A stretch of 32,000 bases of DNA from Candidatus Hadarchaeota archaeon (GTDB lineage: Archaea > Hadarchaeota > Hadarchaeia > Hadarchaeales > Hadarchaeaceae), in the NCBI GenBank assembly GCA_964514965.1, contig CAZETV010000001.1, positions 723,063 through 755,062 of the forward strand. The letters are read 5' to 3'. Positions within the stretch are counted from its first letter, which is position 1. Each line of letters starts with the position of its first letter. The translations under genes and the position numbers were made by a program. The notes below the pieces were generated by a model. The model did not search any database. It saw nothing but the letters and a program-made list of their open reading frames with translations, and was not told where the DNA came from. Shown here piece after piece: positions 8,508 to 17,477 of the stretch.

Positions 8508-9659
8508 TCACTGTGCCCTCTCGAGATAATTCTTGTAACTCCGCTCAACTTTTTTTGCTATAATATTGAAATCAAAAATTTTTTCGCTTCTCTCTCTCGC
8601 TTTTTTCGACAACCTTTTTCTAAGTTTTTCGTCATCAATCAATTTATTCGTCGCCTCTGCTATTTGCTCGGGGCTGCGGGGTTCAACAAGCAAACCACAA
8701 TCAGAAACTACCTCTGGGATACCGCCGACTTTTGTGGAGATGATTGGATTTTCACACGCCATCGCCTCAAGCAAAACGATCCCAAACGGTTCCCATAATG
8801 AAGGCAAAATGGAGAAATCACTCGCGGAATAATATTCTATCAATTTTCTCATGGGTATGGGATGAGACACAAAAATAACCCTTTTTTCGACCTCGGATTT
8901 ATTTGCTAACGCTTTCAAACTCTCTAGTTCTGGTCCCCTACCTATTACCACCGCCTTAAAATCGCGTTTGATTTTCTTTACGGCTTTTATCAAGTATTCG
9001 ACTCCTTTTTGGGGGACAAGCCTACAAACAGTCGTGGAGAGAAACTCGCAACCGAACTCGTCCTTTAAATCTGTTTTGATTTTCTTGAATTTTTTTGTGT
9101 CGACTCCGTTGAAAATTATCTCTGTCCGCTCGCGGGAATAATCTTTCGGAACCGTGGCTTCTAAAGTCCATTTACTGTTTGCAATAATTTTATCTGCCCG
9201 CCTCATCACCCTGTTACCCACCAAATCGTCGAAAAGTTGCCCTGCTCTATCGATCTCCTTGCTTATCCCAACTGTACGAGCATTATGCAGCGTGAGGAAA
9301 AGCGGCTTTTCTAAAAATTTTTTCCATGTAGCTACCGATGAAAAGCTTAGGAAAAATCGGTTGTGCAAGTGGATAATATCAGGATTTTCTTTTCTACACA
9401 CTTTGAAAAAATTATGGGGGAAAAAGGATGGGATAGAGTATGGGGGCGGGAGAAAAGCTGGGAGTTTTCTAAGGATAAGGGCCCTCATTCTGTATACTTT
9501 TGTTCCCACCACCACTTCCTCTCTCTTTGTCCCGGGCAACCTAGAAGTGATGATGCTCATAGAATTATCCTTTGATAAACGCTTACATAATTCAAATATG
9601 TAATTCTCCGTGCCGCCTAGGTAGGGGGAGAAAAATGGATTTACGTGCAGAATTCTCAT
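8508..9659 (-). CDS. Glycosyltransferase family 4
   Basis: 383 aa; MRILHVNPFFSPYLGGTENYIFELCKRLS, HLHNRFF, CRLVPQKGVEYLIKAVK, SILPSLWEPFGIVLLEAMACENPIISTKVGGIPEVV. Confidence 0.95.
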   Translation of the reverse strand: MRILHVNPFFSPYLGGTENYIFELCKRLSKDNSMSIITSRLPGTKREEVVVGTKVYRMRALILRKLPAFLPPPYSIPSFFPHNFFKVCRKENPDIIHLHNRFFLSFSSVATWKKFLEKPLFLTLHNARTVGISKEIDRAGQLFDDLVGNRVMRRADKIIANSKWTLEATVPKDYSRERTEIIFNGVDTKKFKKIKTDLKDEFGCEFLSTTVCRLVPQKGVEYLIKAVKKIKRDFKAVVIGRGPELESLKALANKSEVEKRVIFVSHPIPMRKLIEYYSASDFSILPSLWEPFGIVLLEAMACENPIISTKVGGIPEVVSDCGLLVEPRSPEQIAEATNKLIDDEKLRKRLSKKARERSEKIFDFNIIAKKVERSYKNYLERAQ

Positions 9660-9727
9660 TTAGATCTCCAGAACTCTCTCAGGGGCTACATTTAAAACGT
9701 TCTAATAAAATCTCGATTGGGTAATAC

Positions 9728-9919
9728 ATGAGGGTGAACTTAAAAAAATGGATTCGGGCAAACTGGGCGTATGTAACTATCTGGATCTCTATGGGCCTCA
9801 TCGTGCTGGGATTAGTCATCTATGAACTGGGAGTCTATACACTTGCCGTAATTATACCATTTCTTTCCCTATTCCTCATCGCCATGGCTAGAATGGTGCA
9901 GGAGCTGAGAAAATGCTGA
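9728..9919 (+). CDS. Small two-helix membrane protein
   Basis: 63 aa with two TM segments; its 3' end overlaps the ATG of the next gene by 7 nt, suggesting translational coupling. Confidence 0.6.
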   Translation: MRVNLKKWIRANWAYVTIWISMGLIVLGLVIYELGVYTLAVIIPFLSLFLIAMARMVQELRKC

Positions 9920-10407
9920 TTGCCCACGCGACTATCCCGCTTATCCTCTACGGGCTATTCCCAAACCACATAAACCTACTCGCACTGCTTCTTGGCAGCG
10001 GGGCGCCTAACTTCGACGTTCTTCCAACTTTGCTTAGGAAAAAAACGCCGAAAAACGCCTTGGCTGAATTTCATGCCGCAAGCGTCCTCCACACACCGTT
10101 TTTTTACCTGATACTTCTCCCGCTTGTGTACGCCCTACTCTACTTTTTTACGGTCGCTAACAGTTTAACCATTGCAATATCATTCTCGTTAGGAGGCATC
10201 TTGCACATCTTGATGGAGTGCTTCGACAAAAAGGGCAGGCTGTTACTTTACCCCTTTAGCAAAAAATTCTATGGGGTTCCTATATTACCATATGATTTCT
10301 GGACCTACCTGACAAGCAAAAAAATACTGGCCGTTGAAGGATTGTTCTTCGTTATATCGTGCATCGTGTTAGCTTTACGATGGGCGGGAATATATGCGGG
10401 ATTTTAA
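9913..10407 (+). CDS. Membrane protein resembling YdjM-like predicted membrane-bound metal-dependent hydrolases
   Basis: 164 aa; LIAHATIPLILYGLFPNHINLLALLLGSGAPNFDVLP, EFHAASVLHTPFFY, GGILHILMECFDKKGRLLLYP. Confidence 0.6.
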   Translation: MLIAHATIPLILYGLFPNHINLLALLLGSGAPNFDVLPTLLRKKTPKNALAEFHAASVLHTPFFYLILLPLVYALLYFFTVANSLTIAISFSLGGILHILMECFDKKGRLLLYPFSKKFYGVPILPYDFWTYLTSKKILAVEGLFFVISCIVLALRWAGIYAGF

Positions 10408-10434
10408 AGGATTGTTCTCTAAAGGATTATTCTC
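10405..10434. repeat. Two tandem 15-bp units (TAAAGGATTGTTCTC / TAAAGGATTATTCTC)
   Basis: Direct reading; 14 of 15 positions identical. The first unit begins with the stop codon of the 9913..10407 CDS. Confidence 0.85.
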
Positions 10435-10441
10435 ATGATAA

Positions 10442-11494
10442 TCACTTTGTCCAAACTCTAATACCCAAGTAGGATAGCGCGCCAGCTCCGATCGCTGTAC
10501 CGAAAACAAACGAAATCGCTCGCTCAACGGCCCACGCAGCGGCTGCGACTGGATAAAGCTGCGGCGGCATGAATTTCATGAAGATTAAAATCATGGCTAC
10601 ATCCACCGTACCAATTCCAGCGGGTAGAAGAGGAATCAAGCCTGCCATCCACGGTAACGTTGTGGCTAACACCAACATTGCCAAGGGTGGGGTATACCCG
10701 TACTCAAGAGCTTTGAAAATTACAAATAATCTTGTAATCCCGAATATCCATAAAATCGCCGAAAATACTACAACGTAACATGCTACTTTCCGACTGCTTA
10801 TAATACCCTCGGCATCTGCGTAGAACTTTTTGATTCCCTTAGTAATCCTTGCCTTATTTGCGGGTCTACGGAAAAAACCCATGATGCGCGCTACAAGCCC
10901 ACCAATGCGTGCCGCTGCCATCTTGCCGCGTAGAACGTACCAAAAAAGCAAACTCCAGCCTATAATGATAGCGGCCCATAACATCATGATTACCACCGCG
11001 GGCCAAATGGGCGTCCATTCAATAGACAGTAATAATCCGACCATCACAAATGAAAGGAAAACTGGAAAGTCCAATATAAACTCGCCTAACATCGTGGCAA
11101 AGCCAGATGAGTATGAAACTCGATGAGTTTTATTCAGCAAATATGCTCGCGCGACTGGGTCACCGCCAGAATATGTAAACGGTGTAACGTTGTTGATAAA
11201 AATCCCACCTAAAATCACCACGTAAAGGTTGCGCAGGCCAACGTGATGTCCAACTCTCGAAAGTGTCACATTCCAACGACCAGCCCAGAAGGTCACGCCG
11301 AAGAGGTAAACACCAAAAGCTAAAATCACTAATATTGGGTTGGCTCTGCTCAGGGTTTGCAACATCGCGTAGAGATCCTCACGTGCAAAAAGTAATGCTG
11401 CTATCGCAACTACCACGACAACGAAAATAGCGAGGAGTAGAGTCCTCCGGGTGGTATATTTCTTGGTTCGAGCCAATACAACCCTCCAGTCCAA
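10442..11494 (-). CDS. Flippase-like/lysylphosphatidylglycerol synthase TM-region protein (UPF0104, AglD/MprF N-terminal-like)
   Basis: 350 aa; LRNLYVVILGGIFINNVTPFTYSGGDPVARAYLLNKTHRV and AGLIPLLPAGIGTVDVAMILIFMKF...AAAWAVERAISFVFGTAIGA. Confidence 0.88.
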   Translation of the reverse strand: MDWRVVLARTKKYTTRRTLLLAIFVVVVVAIAALLFAREDLYAMLQTLSRANPILVILAFGVYLFGVTFWAGRWNVTLSRVGHHVGLRNLYVVILGGIFINNVTPFTYSGGDPVARAYLLNKTHRVSYSSGFATMLGEFILDFPVFLSFVMVGLLLSIEWTPIWPAVVIMMLWAAIIIGWSLLFWYVLRGKMAAARIGGLVARIMGFFRRPANKARITKGIKKFYADAEGIISSRKVACYVVVFSAILWIFGITRLFVIFKALEYGYTPPLAMLVLATTLPWMAGLIPLLPAGIGTVDVAMILIFMKFMPPQLYPVAAAAWAVERAISFVFGTAIGAGALSYLGIRVWTK

Positions 11495-11549
11495 TCATCT
11501 CATAAAACGGTTTAAGTATTCCTAAATCGACTTAATCAAGGCGACCCGC

Positions 11550-11714
11550 ATGACAAAAAACACCATCGACCCCAAACTGCTAAAAATCTTGGCGTGCCCA
11601 ATCTGCAAGCGCGATGTTGAACTCAAATGTAACGATCTGGTTTGTGTTAGTTGTAAGAAACGCTACCCTATCGTGAACGGAATTCCTAATCTTCTACCCG
11701 ATGAATTACGGTGA
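11550..11714 (+). CDS. Trm112p-like/UPF0434 small zinc-binding protein
   Basis: Not in ORF track. Manual translation: MTKNTIDPKLLKILACPICKRDVELKCNDLVCVSCKKRYPIVNGIPNLLPDELR*, the CPxC...CxxCxxxYPIxxGIPxLLP signature. Confidence 0.88.
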   Translation: MTKNTIDPKLLKILACPICKRDVELKCNDLVCVSCKKRYPIVNGIPNLLPDELR

Positions 11715-12131
11715 TGCTACCTCTATCATCACACTCACGCTCATTGGGGATTGCAGCTTACTCACGAAACTCCTAGAAAGACCCGCTGCTGCTTTGTCTG
11801 CCCTAATCGCGAGAGTGCGCCCACAAATGAATTTACTTTTTCTGACCACTAAATCGGTAGGATGTTCTAAAGTCAATGAAGGATGCCCAAAAGCGTGAAC
11901 TTTCTCCACGCCACCACCAGATTCAATTACAATGGTAACCGCCGCGCCCGACCTAATAGCTTTTTTAAACTCATCGCTGAACTCGATAGCCCCCTTGCTC
12001 GCCGCAACCGCGATTATGCAATCCCCTCCAGGACCAACTTCACTATCCTTCGTGATCATCAATGTTGTTGGATGCCTTGCCGTAATCAGTGGGTGGCCCT
12101 TAGCCGTGATGACCTCAACGATTTTCCCCAT
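11706..12131 (-). CDS. DUF371 family protein
   Basis: 141 aa; VEVITAKGHPLITARHPTTLMITKDSEVGPGGDCIIAVAASKG matches the archaeal DUF371 family as I recall it. Confidence 0.8.
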   Translation of the reverse strand: MGKIVEVITAKGHPLITARHPTTLMITKDSEVGPGGDCIIAVAASKGAIEFSDEFKKAIRSGAAVTIVIESGGGVEKVHAFGHPSLTLEHPTDLVVRKSKFICGRTLAIRADKAAAGLSRSFVSKLQSPMSVSVMIEVASP

Positions 12132-12183
12132 TTTTTCCCCCTCATCCCCTTAAGCTTAAAGAGAAATAACTTATTTTGGTTGT

Positions 12184-12843
12184 ATGCACGAGCGGGAGCG
12201 CGAGGAGTTAATTGAGCGCCTTGTCCGATGGGGCTACTTAAGCAAACGAGATATCATCAACGCTTTCAAAAAAGTACCACGCCATGAATTTATCCCAAAA
12301 AACATTCGAAACTATGCCTATACCGACCAGCCGCTCTCGATAGGCCACGGGCAGACTATCTCGGCCCCCAGCATGATCGCCATCATGTTGGAATCGCTTG
12401 ACCTCAAGGTTGGGCAGAAGGTGCTGGAAGTGGGCACTGGCTCGGGATACAACGCTGCCCTCATCGCCGAGATTGTCGGGCACAAGGGGGAAGTCGTCTC
12501 GATAGAGCGAATTTACGAGCTAGCCGAGTTCGGGCGCGCGAACCTTGAGCGAACTGGATATGGTTGGGTTAATGTCATTGTTGGAGATGGAACATGCGGC
12601 TATGAAAAAGAGACCTCTTGGAACCGTATCCTCGTAACCGCTTGTACCCCAAATCTACCGGAGCCTCTTCTCAAGCAGTTGAAAGTCAGGGGGAAGCTTG
12701 GCGCACCGGTTGGCCAACACTACATGTCCCAGACTTGGATTGTTGCAGAGAAGCGTGCCAAGGAGGAGCTCAAAATTGAGGATCGAGGAGGATGCTCCTT
12801 TGTGCCGCTGGTTGGAAAGTATGGGTGGAAGGCTGAGGATTAA
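12184..12843 (+). CDS. pcm: Protein-L-isoaspartate O-methyltransferase
   Basis: 219 aa; VPRHEFIPKNIRNYAYTDQPLSIGHGQTISAPSMIAIMLESLDL, VLEVGTGSGYNAALIAEIVG. Confidence 0.96.
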   Translation: MHEREREELIERLVRWGYLSKRDIINAFKKVPRHEFIPKNIRNYAYTDQPLSIGHGQTISAPSMIAIMLESLDLKVGQKVLEVGTGSGYNAALIAEIVGHKGEVVSIERIYELAEFGRANLERTGYGWVNVIVGDGTCGYEKETSWNRILVTACTPNLPEPLLKQLKVRGKLGAPVGQHYMSQTWIVAEKRAKEELKIEDRGGCSFVPLVGKYGWKAED

Positions 12844-13868
12844 CCAAACCACTTCTCAAGCGAAGCTTGTTCCCGCTCACGCTGCCCTTTGAGCAATCGA
12901 TCTATACCAGTCTGAACTCTTGACTCAGAAAAATCGTGCTCCCCGCACAAAAACTCTTTAATTCCTCCCAGGTCCGGGTCGCCCCATTTCAACTCATATT
13001 CAGCTGTGACGTTCGGCTTCAAGAAGATATCTCTCACCTCAAGCGGGTCAACCTCAAATTTTTCACCAAGTTCGGTTTTTACAAGTTGCTCGATGGAACC
13101 GTGCTCACGAACGAGTTCAAGTGCCTTCTTCGGCCCTATCCCTTTTATCCCCACATTGTAATCTGTCCCAACCAAAATGCCAATGCCCACCAGCTGTTCT
13201 TGGGTTACCCCGAGTTCGTTCAAGAGAGGTTGGAGTTCAATCACCTCAGGAAATACTTCGACGTATACGTCCTTTCCAGGCAGCTTCCGCCTGCCAGTGA
13301 TGGCCAAGTTACGCACGAGTATCGGGGCTCCAAATAGCAGGCTGTCGAAATCTTGGCTCGCAGCAGCCCAAACATCTTTTCTCTGGACGAGGTGCGCTGC
13401 TTGAGCCTCACCCTCCCCCGGCGCCTGAACCCAGGGAAGCCCCATATATCCCAGAAGTGTCTGCGCTTGTTTAATCATCTGCTCGTTCACTCGCCCTGCA
13501 CGCTGCGCAAACTTCTTGGCCTCTTTAATTTTGCCCTCCTTGAGCGCGGCTGCCCACTCCTTGGCCGCCTCTTTTCTCACCGCGCGACGCTGCTTGACAG
13601 TACGCAGCTTCAATTTAGGCGGTTCCCCGTCAAACACATACACCGGCTTGATCCCCGCCTCGACTAGATTTGCGGTTCGATAGAAGAGGCCAGAAAGATG
13701 GGAAGTTACTCTACCCTTAGAGTCTTTGAGAAGCTCCCCATCACGCTGCCTGATTATCGAGAGAAATTGATAAAGCGAATTCATTGCGTCAATCGCAATT
13801 ATCTTCCCGCGAAGTTGCTCGAACTCTACTTTTTGCTTAAGCACTATGTCGCCAAGCTGGACGCCCAC
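12840..13868 (-). CDS. fen: Flap endonuclease 1 with C-terminal PCNA-interacting motif
   Basis: 342 aa; MGVQLGDIV, AIDAMNSLYQFLSIIRQRDG, YVFDGEPP, QAPGEGEAQAAHL, GTDYNVGIKGIGPKKAL; C-terminal QASLEKWFG PIP box. Confidence 0.98.
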   Translation of the reverse strand: MGVQLGDIVLKQKVEFEQLRGKIIAIDAMNSLYQFLSIIRQRDGELLKDSKGRVTSHLSGLFYRTANLVEAGIKPVYVFDGEPPKLKLRTVKQRRAVRKEAAKEWAAALKEGKIKEAKKFAQRAGRVNEQMIKQAQTLLGYMGLPWVQAPGEGEAQAAHLVQRKDVWAAASQDFDSLLFGAPILVRNLAITGRRKLPGKDVYVEVFPEVIELQPLLNELGVTQEQLVGIGILVGTDYNVGIKGIGPKKALELVREHGSIEQLVKTELGEKFEVDPLEVRDIFLKPNVTAEYELKWGDPDLGGIKEFLCGEHDFSESRVQTGIDRLLKGQREREQASLEKWFG

Positions 13869-13950
13869 CTCGACACCAATAATAAATCATCTTAAATGCA
13901 CTTAAACTTCTAAGAATGGATAAAAACTGGTTGAACGGTATTTTCATTGC

Positions 13951-14148
13951 TTACGCGGATTCGCCAGGTAATCTCCGCACAATGGTTATCGGAATCGCTT
14001 CCTTCTCGAACTCTAACAGAGCAATGTCAATGGGATTTCCCACGCCCTCAGGCACCTCGATGAGCACAGGTGCTCCCATTGATATTTGAAGAGCTCTGGC
14101 TCCTACGACTCTGGCCTTTTCAAAGCGGGTGTACTTTTTTGGGAAAAT
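13951..14148 (-). CDS. rpoK: DNA-directed RNA polymerase subunit K (omega homologue), apparent ATT start
   Basis: Not in ORF track. Minus-strand frame: (ATT)[64 protein letters not shown], strongly RpoK-like. An in-frame TAG lies two codons upstream of the ATT, with only a TCC codon between them; GGAGG at 14160..14156 is 7 nt from the ATT. Confidence 0.93.
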   Translation of the reverse strand: MFPKKYTRFEKARVVGARALQISMGAPVLIEVPEGVGNPIDIALLEFEKEAIPITIVRRLPGESA

Positions 14149-14161
14149 GGACTAGCCTCCA

Positions 14162-15814
14162 TTACATAGGCGGCATGCCACCCATTCCCATACCAGGTGC
14201 GGGTCCCGGTCCCATCTCTCCCTTCTCAAGTTTTCCAGCAGCGATAACATCATCAATCCTCAAGATCATCTCCGTCACTTCACTCGCAGATTTAATTGCT
14301 TGAGTCTTGATGCGAAGGGGTTCGACGATGCCCAATTTAAGAGTGTTTTTCACTTCCCCGCTTAGCACATCAATTCCGATATCTTTGCCGTCTTTTTTCT
14401 CGTGGGCCGCGCGCAGCTGTACCAGGATATCTATCGGATCCAACCCGGCATTTTCCGCCAGGGTTCGTGGGATAACCTCAATCGCGTCAGCAAATGCATT
14501 AATTGCAAGTGCCTCGCGTCCACTCACCGTGCCAGCGTACTCCCGCAGCCCCTTTGCTACCTCTATTTCCGGAGCACCTCCGCCCGCTACTATCTTGCCG
14601 TCCTCTACCGCAACCGAAACCACCGAAACAGCATCGTGCACTGCACGCTCGGCTTCATCAACAACATGCTCGGTGCCACCGCGCACTAACAGGCTTACAG
14701 CTTTCGGGTCTTTGCACCCCTCGATAAATATCATTTCTTCGCCCGCTATCTTGCGTTCCTCCACTTGTGCCGAGAACCCGAGGTCTTTAGCTGTCAGGTC
14801 TTTGATATTTGTGACTATTTTTCCACCGGTAGCACGTGCAAGCTTTTCTATGTCCGACTCCTTGACTCTCCTCACTGCCAAAATTCCCGCCTTCGCTAAG
14901 TAGTGCTGGGCGAGGTCATCAATGCCCTTTTGACAAAGCACGACGTTCGCTCCTGTTTTTTTAACTTGGTTCACCATCTCTTGAAGCATGCGCCGCTCTT
15001 CCTCAAGGAAGTCCCGGAGTTGCTCAGGGTCTGTTACATTTATCTTAGCACTAGTTTCTGTCTCTTTGACCTCTAGAGCTAGATTGAGGAGGGCTATTTT
15101 TGCCTTCTCAACACGCTTCGGCATGCCTGGGTGGACAATCTCCTTGTCGAGCACCAAGCCCTGAATGAGCTGAGAATCGGTTGAACCTCCCCCGCTCTTC
15201 TTCTCAATCTTGATGTTATCAATATCCGCTTCGAGATTGCCATCAGATTCTTCTACTATCTGCTTGACCGCTTTAACACAAAGTTCAGCGAGCTTTTCCC
15301 CTCGTATCTCAGAACCCTTGCCACTCATCGCGGTAATAGCTATCTCTCTCAATATCTTGTCTTCTCCTATTCGAACACTATTCGCTATTTTACCCAAAAT
15401 TTCATTTGCCTTATCGGCTGCTTTTCGGTATCCAGATGCGACGACCGTAGCGTGAATATCTTGATCAAGTAACTCCTCTGCCATTTTCAAAAGCTCTCCC
15501 GCAAGTATCACGGCCGTAGTTGTGCCATCACCCACTTCATCCTCTTGCGCCTTAGAGATCTCTACCATCATTTTCGCCGCGGGATGTTCAACATCCATCT
15601 CCTCCAGAATAGTCACGCCATCATTAGTTATCGTGACGTCACCCAAACTGTCGACGAGCATCTTGTCCATCCCACGCGGCCCCAAAGTGGTACGTACCGC
15701 CTGGGCGATTACCCGCGCGGCCATAATGTTCATACGCTGGGCATCCCGCCCTAGATAGCGCTGAACTTTCTCAGGCAAAACCAATATTTGTTGCCCACCT
15801 AACTGACTTGCCAT
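14162..15814 (-). CDS. ths: Thermosome subunit (group II chaperonin)
   Basis: 550 aa; [74 protein letters not shown](IL); C-terminal [16 protein letters not shown] tail. Confidence 0.98.
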   Translation of the reverse strand: MASQLGGQQILVLPEKVQRYLGRDAQRMNIMAARVIAQAVRTTLGPRGMDKMLVDSLGDVTITNDGVTILEEMDVEHPAAKMMVEISKAQEDEVGDGTTTAVILAGELLKMAEELLDQDIHATVVASGYRKAADKANEILGKIANSVRIGEDKILREIAITAMSGKGSEIRGEKLAELCVKAVKQIVEESDGNLEADIDNIKIEKKSGGGSTDSQLIQGLVLDKEIVHPGMPKRVEKAKIALLNLALEVKETETSAKINVTDPEQLRDFLEEERRMLQEMVNQVKKTGANVVLCQKGIDDLAQHYLAKAGILAVRRVKESDIEKLARATGGKIVTNIKDLTAKDLGFSAQVEERKIAGEEMIFIEGCKDPKAVSLLVRGGTEHVVDEAERAVHDAVSVVSVAVEDGKIVAGGGAPEIEVAKGLREYAGTVSGREALAINAFADAIEVIPRTLAENAGLDPIDILVQLRAAHEKKDGKDIGIDVLSGEVKNTLKLGIVEPLRIKTQAIKSASEVTEMILRIDDVIAAGKLEKGEMGPGPAPGMGMGGMPPM

Positions 15815-15886
15815 AAAATCCCTCCTCTAAATCTATCTACTATATGATTTTCTACCTTACTCAAACGATTTCTCTGTATTAAAGCT

Positions 15887-17386
15887 TTACTTTGAGTCCT
15901 TTTTACTTAGCGAGGCCCCAAGCTTCCGCTCAACTTCCGGGCGATGAATGCTGTTGTATGCGCAAAATGGCATTATACGACCATCCGGTATCGCGTAATG
16001 AATCGCACACCGCTCCACCCTATCTAAATCAAAATTGTATGGGTCTTGGAAGTGCATGCACCCTATCATTAACGCTCGCTCGTGAAACTCCGACAGCGCG
16101 CCATAGCTCGCGGTGCTCAAAACTTTAAGCAGAATTTTTGGGAGATTTAACCCCTTTGATGCCTTCGACATGTTAATGGTGCTGGGCACTTCTCTAACAA
16201 TCTTTGCCAATACTCTAGCTTTAACCGCAAAACCTCCTTTCTTCAGCTCAGATGCATATTTATCGAGGAGCCCAAAGAGCTTCTCCACATCTACGAACCG
16301 CGTCACCGGGATTATGTTCCCGTTTTCGACAAAAACATAAGTCGCGGCACCGCAGTGCTCATGACAGGTGAATTTCACGAAGTTCTTGTTTACATATGTG
16401 CTGGCGAATCGTGAAATTGGCACAACGCAGGGCACGGGATAAAAGTCAGAGGGCTTGATCTGTCCATCCGTCTGCTGTTCAACTGCCTTCATAAAATCAG
16501 GAATGGTTATGCGCCACCGCTTGCGCTGCTTCTGCGAAATCCTGCCAGCGAAAGATACAGGCTGCACGTTCACGCAGCGCACGACATCTTTGTTTTCCGC
16601 AGCGAAGCGAATGATGTCCCCTAATTGGTCGTCGTTAACTCCCTTGACAAGCGTAACCACTAACACTATACTCGTGAGACCGGCCTTACGACAGTTCTCG
16701 ATCGCCTTAAACTTCAGGCCGAGAATGTCCGCACCTCTAGCTTTGACCGTCGCCTCGGGAGTCATTCCATCGAACTGCAGGTATACGGTGCTAACTCCCG
16801 CCTCATGCAGCCGCTTTATGAAATCTAAATCTTGGGCAAAGCGTATACCGTTGGTGTTAACCTCAATGTGCCAGAAACCTGCTTCCTTCGCCGCGCGAAC
16901 GATGTCGGGTAAGTCATTCCGGAGTGTGGGTTCTCCCCCTGATAACTGAATTGCTGGGGGGGGCGTTGGCTTATTAGCCTGCAGATTCTTCAACATCTCT
17001 TTTATTTGCTCAAATGTCGGCTCGTAGACGTAACCAGCTACAGCCGCATTTGCAAAGCATATCGGGCATCGCAAGTTACAACGATTGGTAACATCGATAA
17101 TGCTGAGAATAGTATGGGATTTATGGTTCGGACATATGCCACAATCGAACGGGCACCCCCGCCGCTCCTTCGTGCGCGGGTTCTCAATTCCATCGCCAAT
17201 CTCCGCGAACTTTTCAAACCTTTTGTAGATATCAACATCCGAAAAATAAATGTCCTCGAATTTACCGTGTTTAGGACACTTCTTCTTTATCAATACCTTG
17301 CCGTCCTCCTCGACCACTTCCGCCTCGATAACCTGAGTGCATTCGGGGCAAATGCTCTTAGTCTTTTTAAGCAATTTTACACTCAT
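15887..17386 (-). CDS. Radical SAM protein of the MJ0619/Tes (tetraether lipid synthase)-like family
   Basis: 499 aa; ICPECTQVIEAEVVEEDGKVLIKKKCPKHGKFEDIYFSD..., CPFDCGICPNHKSHTILSIIDVTNRCNLRCPICFANA (radical SAM CxxxCxxC), LSGGEPTLR; N-terminal cysteine-rich region and C-terminal cysteines. Confidence 0.8.
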   Translation of the reverse strand: MSVKLLKKTKSICPECTQVIEAEVVEEDGKVLIKKKCPKHGKFEDIYFSDVDIYKRFEKFAEIGDGIENPRTKERRGCPFDCGICPNHKSHTILSIIDVTNRCNLRCPICFANAAVAGYVYEPTFEQIKEMLKNLQANKPTPPPAIQLSGGEPTLRNDLPDIVRAAKEAGFWHIEVNTNGIRFAQDLDFIKRLHEAGVSTVYLQFDGMTPEATVKARGADILGLKFKAIENCRKAGLTSIVLVVTLVKGVNDDQLGDIIRFAAENKDVVRCVNVQPVSFAGRISQKQRKRWRITIPDFMKAVEQQTDGQIKPSDFYPVPCVVPISRFASTYVNKNFVKFTCHEHCGAATYVFVENGNIIPVTRFVDVEKLFGLLDKYASELKKGGFAVKARVLAKIVREVPSTINMSKASKGLNLPKILLKVLSTASYGALSEFHERALMIGCMHFQDPYNFDLDRVERCAIHYAIPDGRIMPFCAYNSIHRPEVERKLGASLSKKDSK

Positions 17387-17477
17387 TTAATCATTTACCC
17401 ATTGAAAGGTGAAATATTTAAATCATCGACATAAGTCTTAGCGACACAAGCCCCCTTGTGGGAGAGGTAATGAAAAG

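Noticed and set aside
13177-13667. Long plus-strand ORFs opposite fen
   Set aside because: They are shadow ORFs antisense to a conserved gene; low-stop-density sequence explains them.
14307-14903. 198-aa Ser/Thr/Pro-rich plus-strand ORF
   Set aside because: Antisense to the thermosome gene; the composition is typical of a shadow ORF.
16455-16949. 164-aa plus-strand ORF
   Set aside because: Antisense to the Tes-like radical SAM gene with no independent motif.
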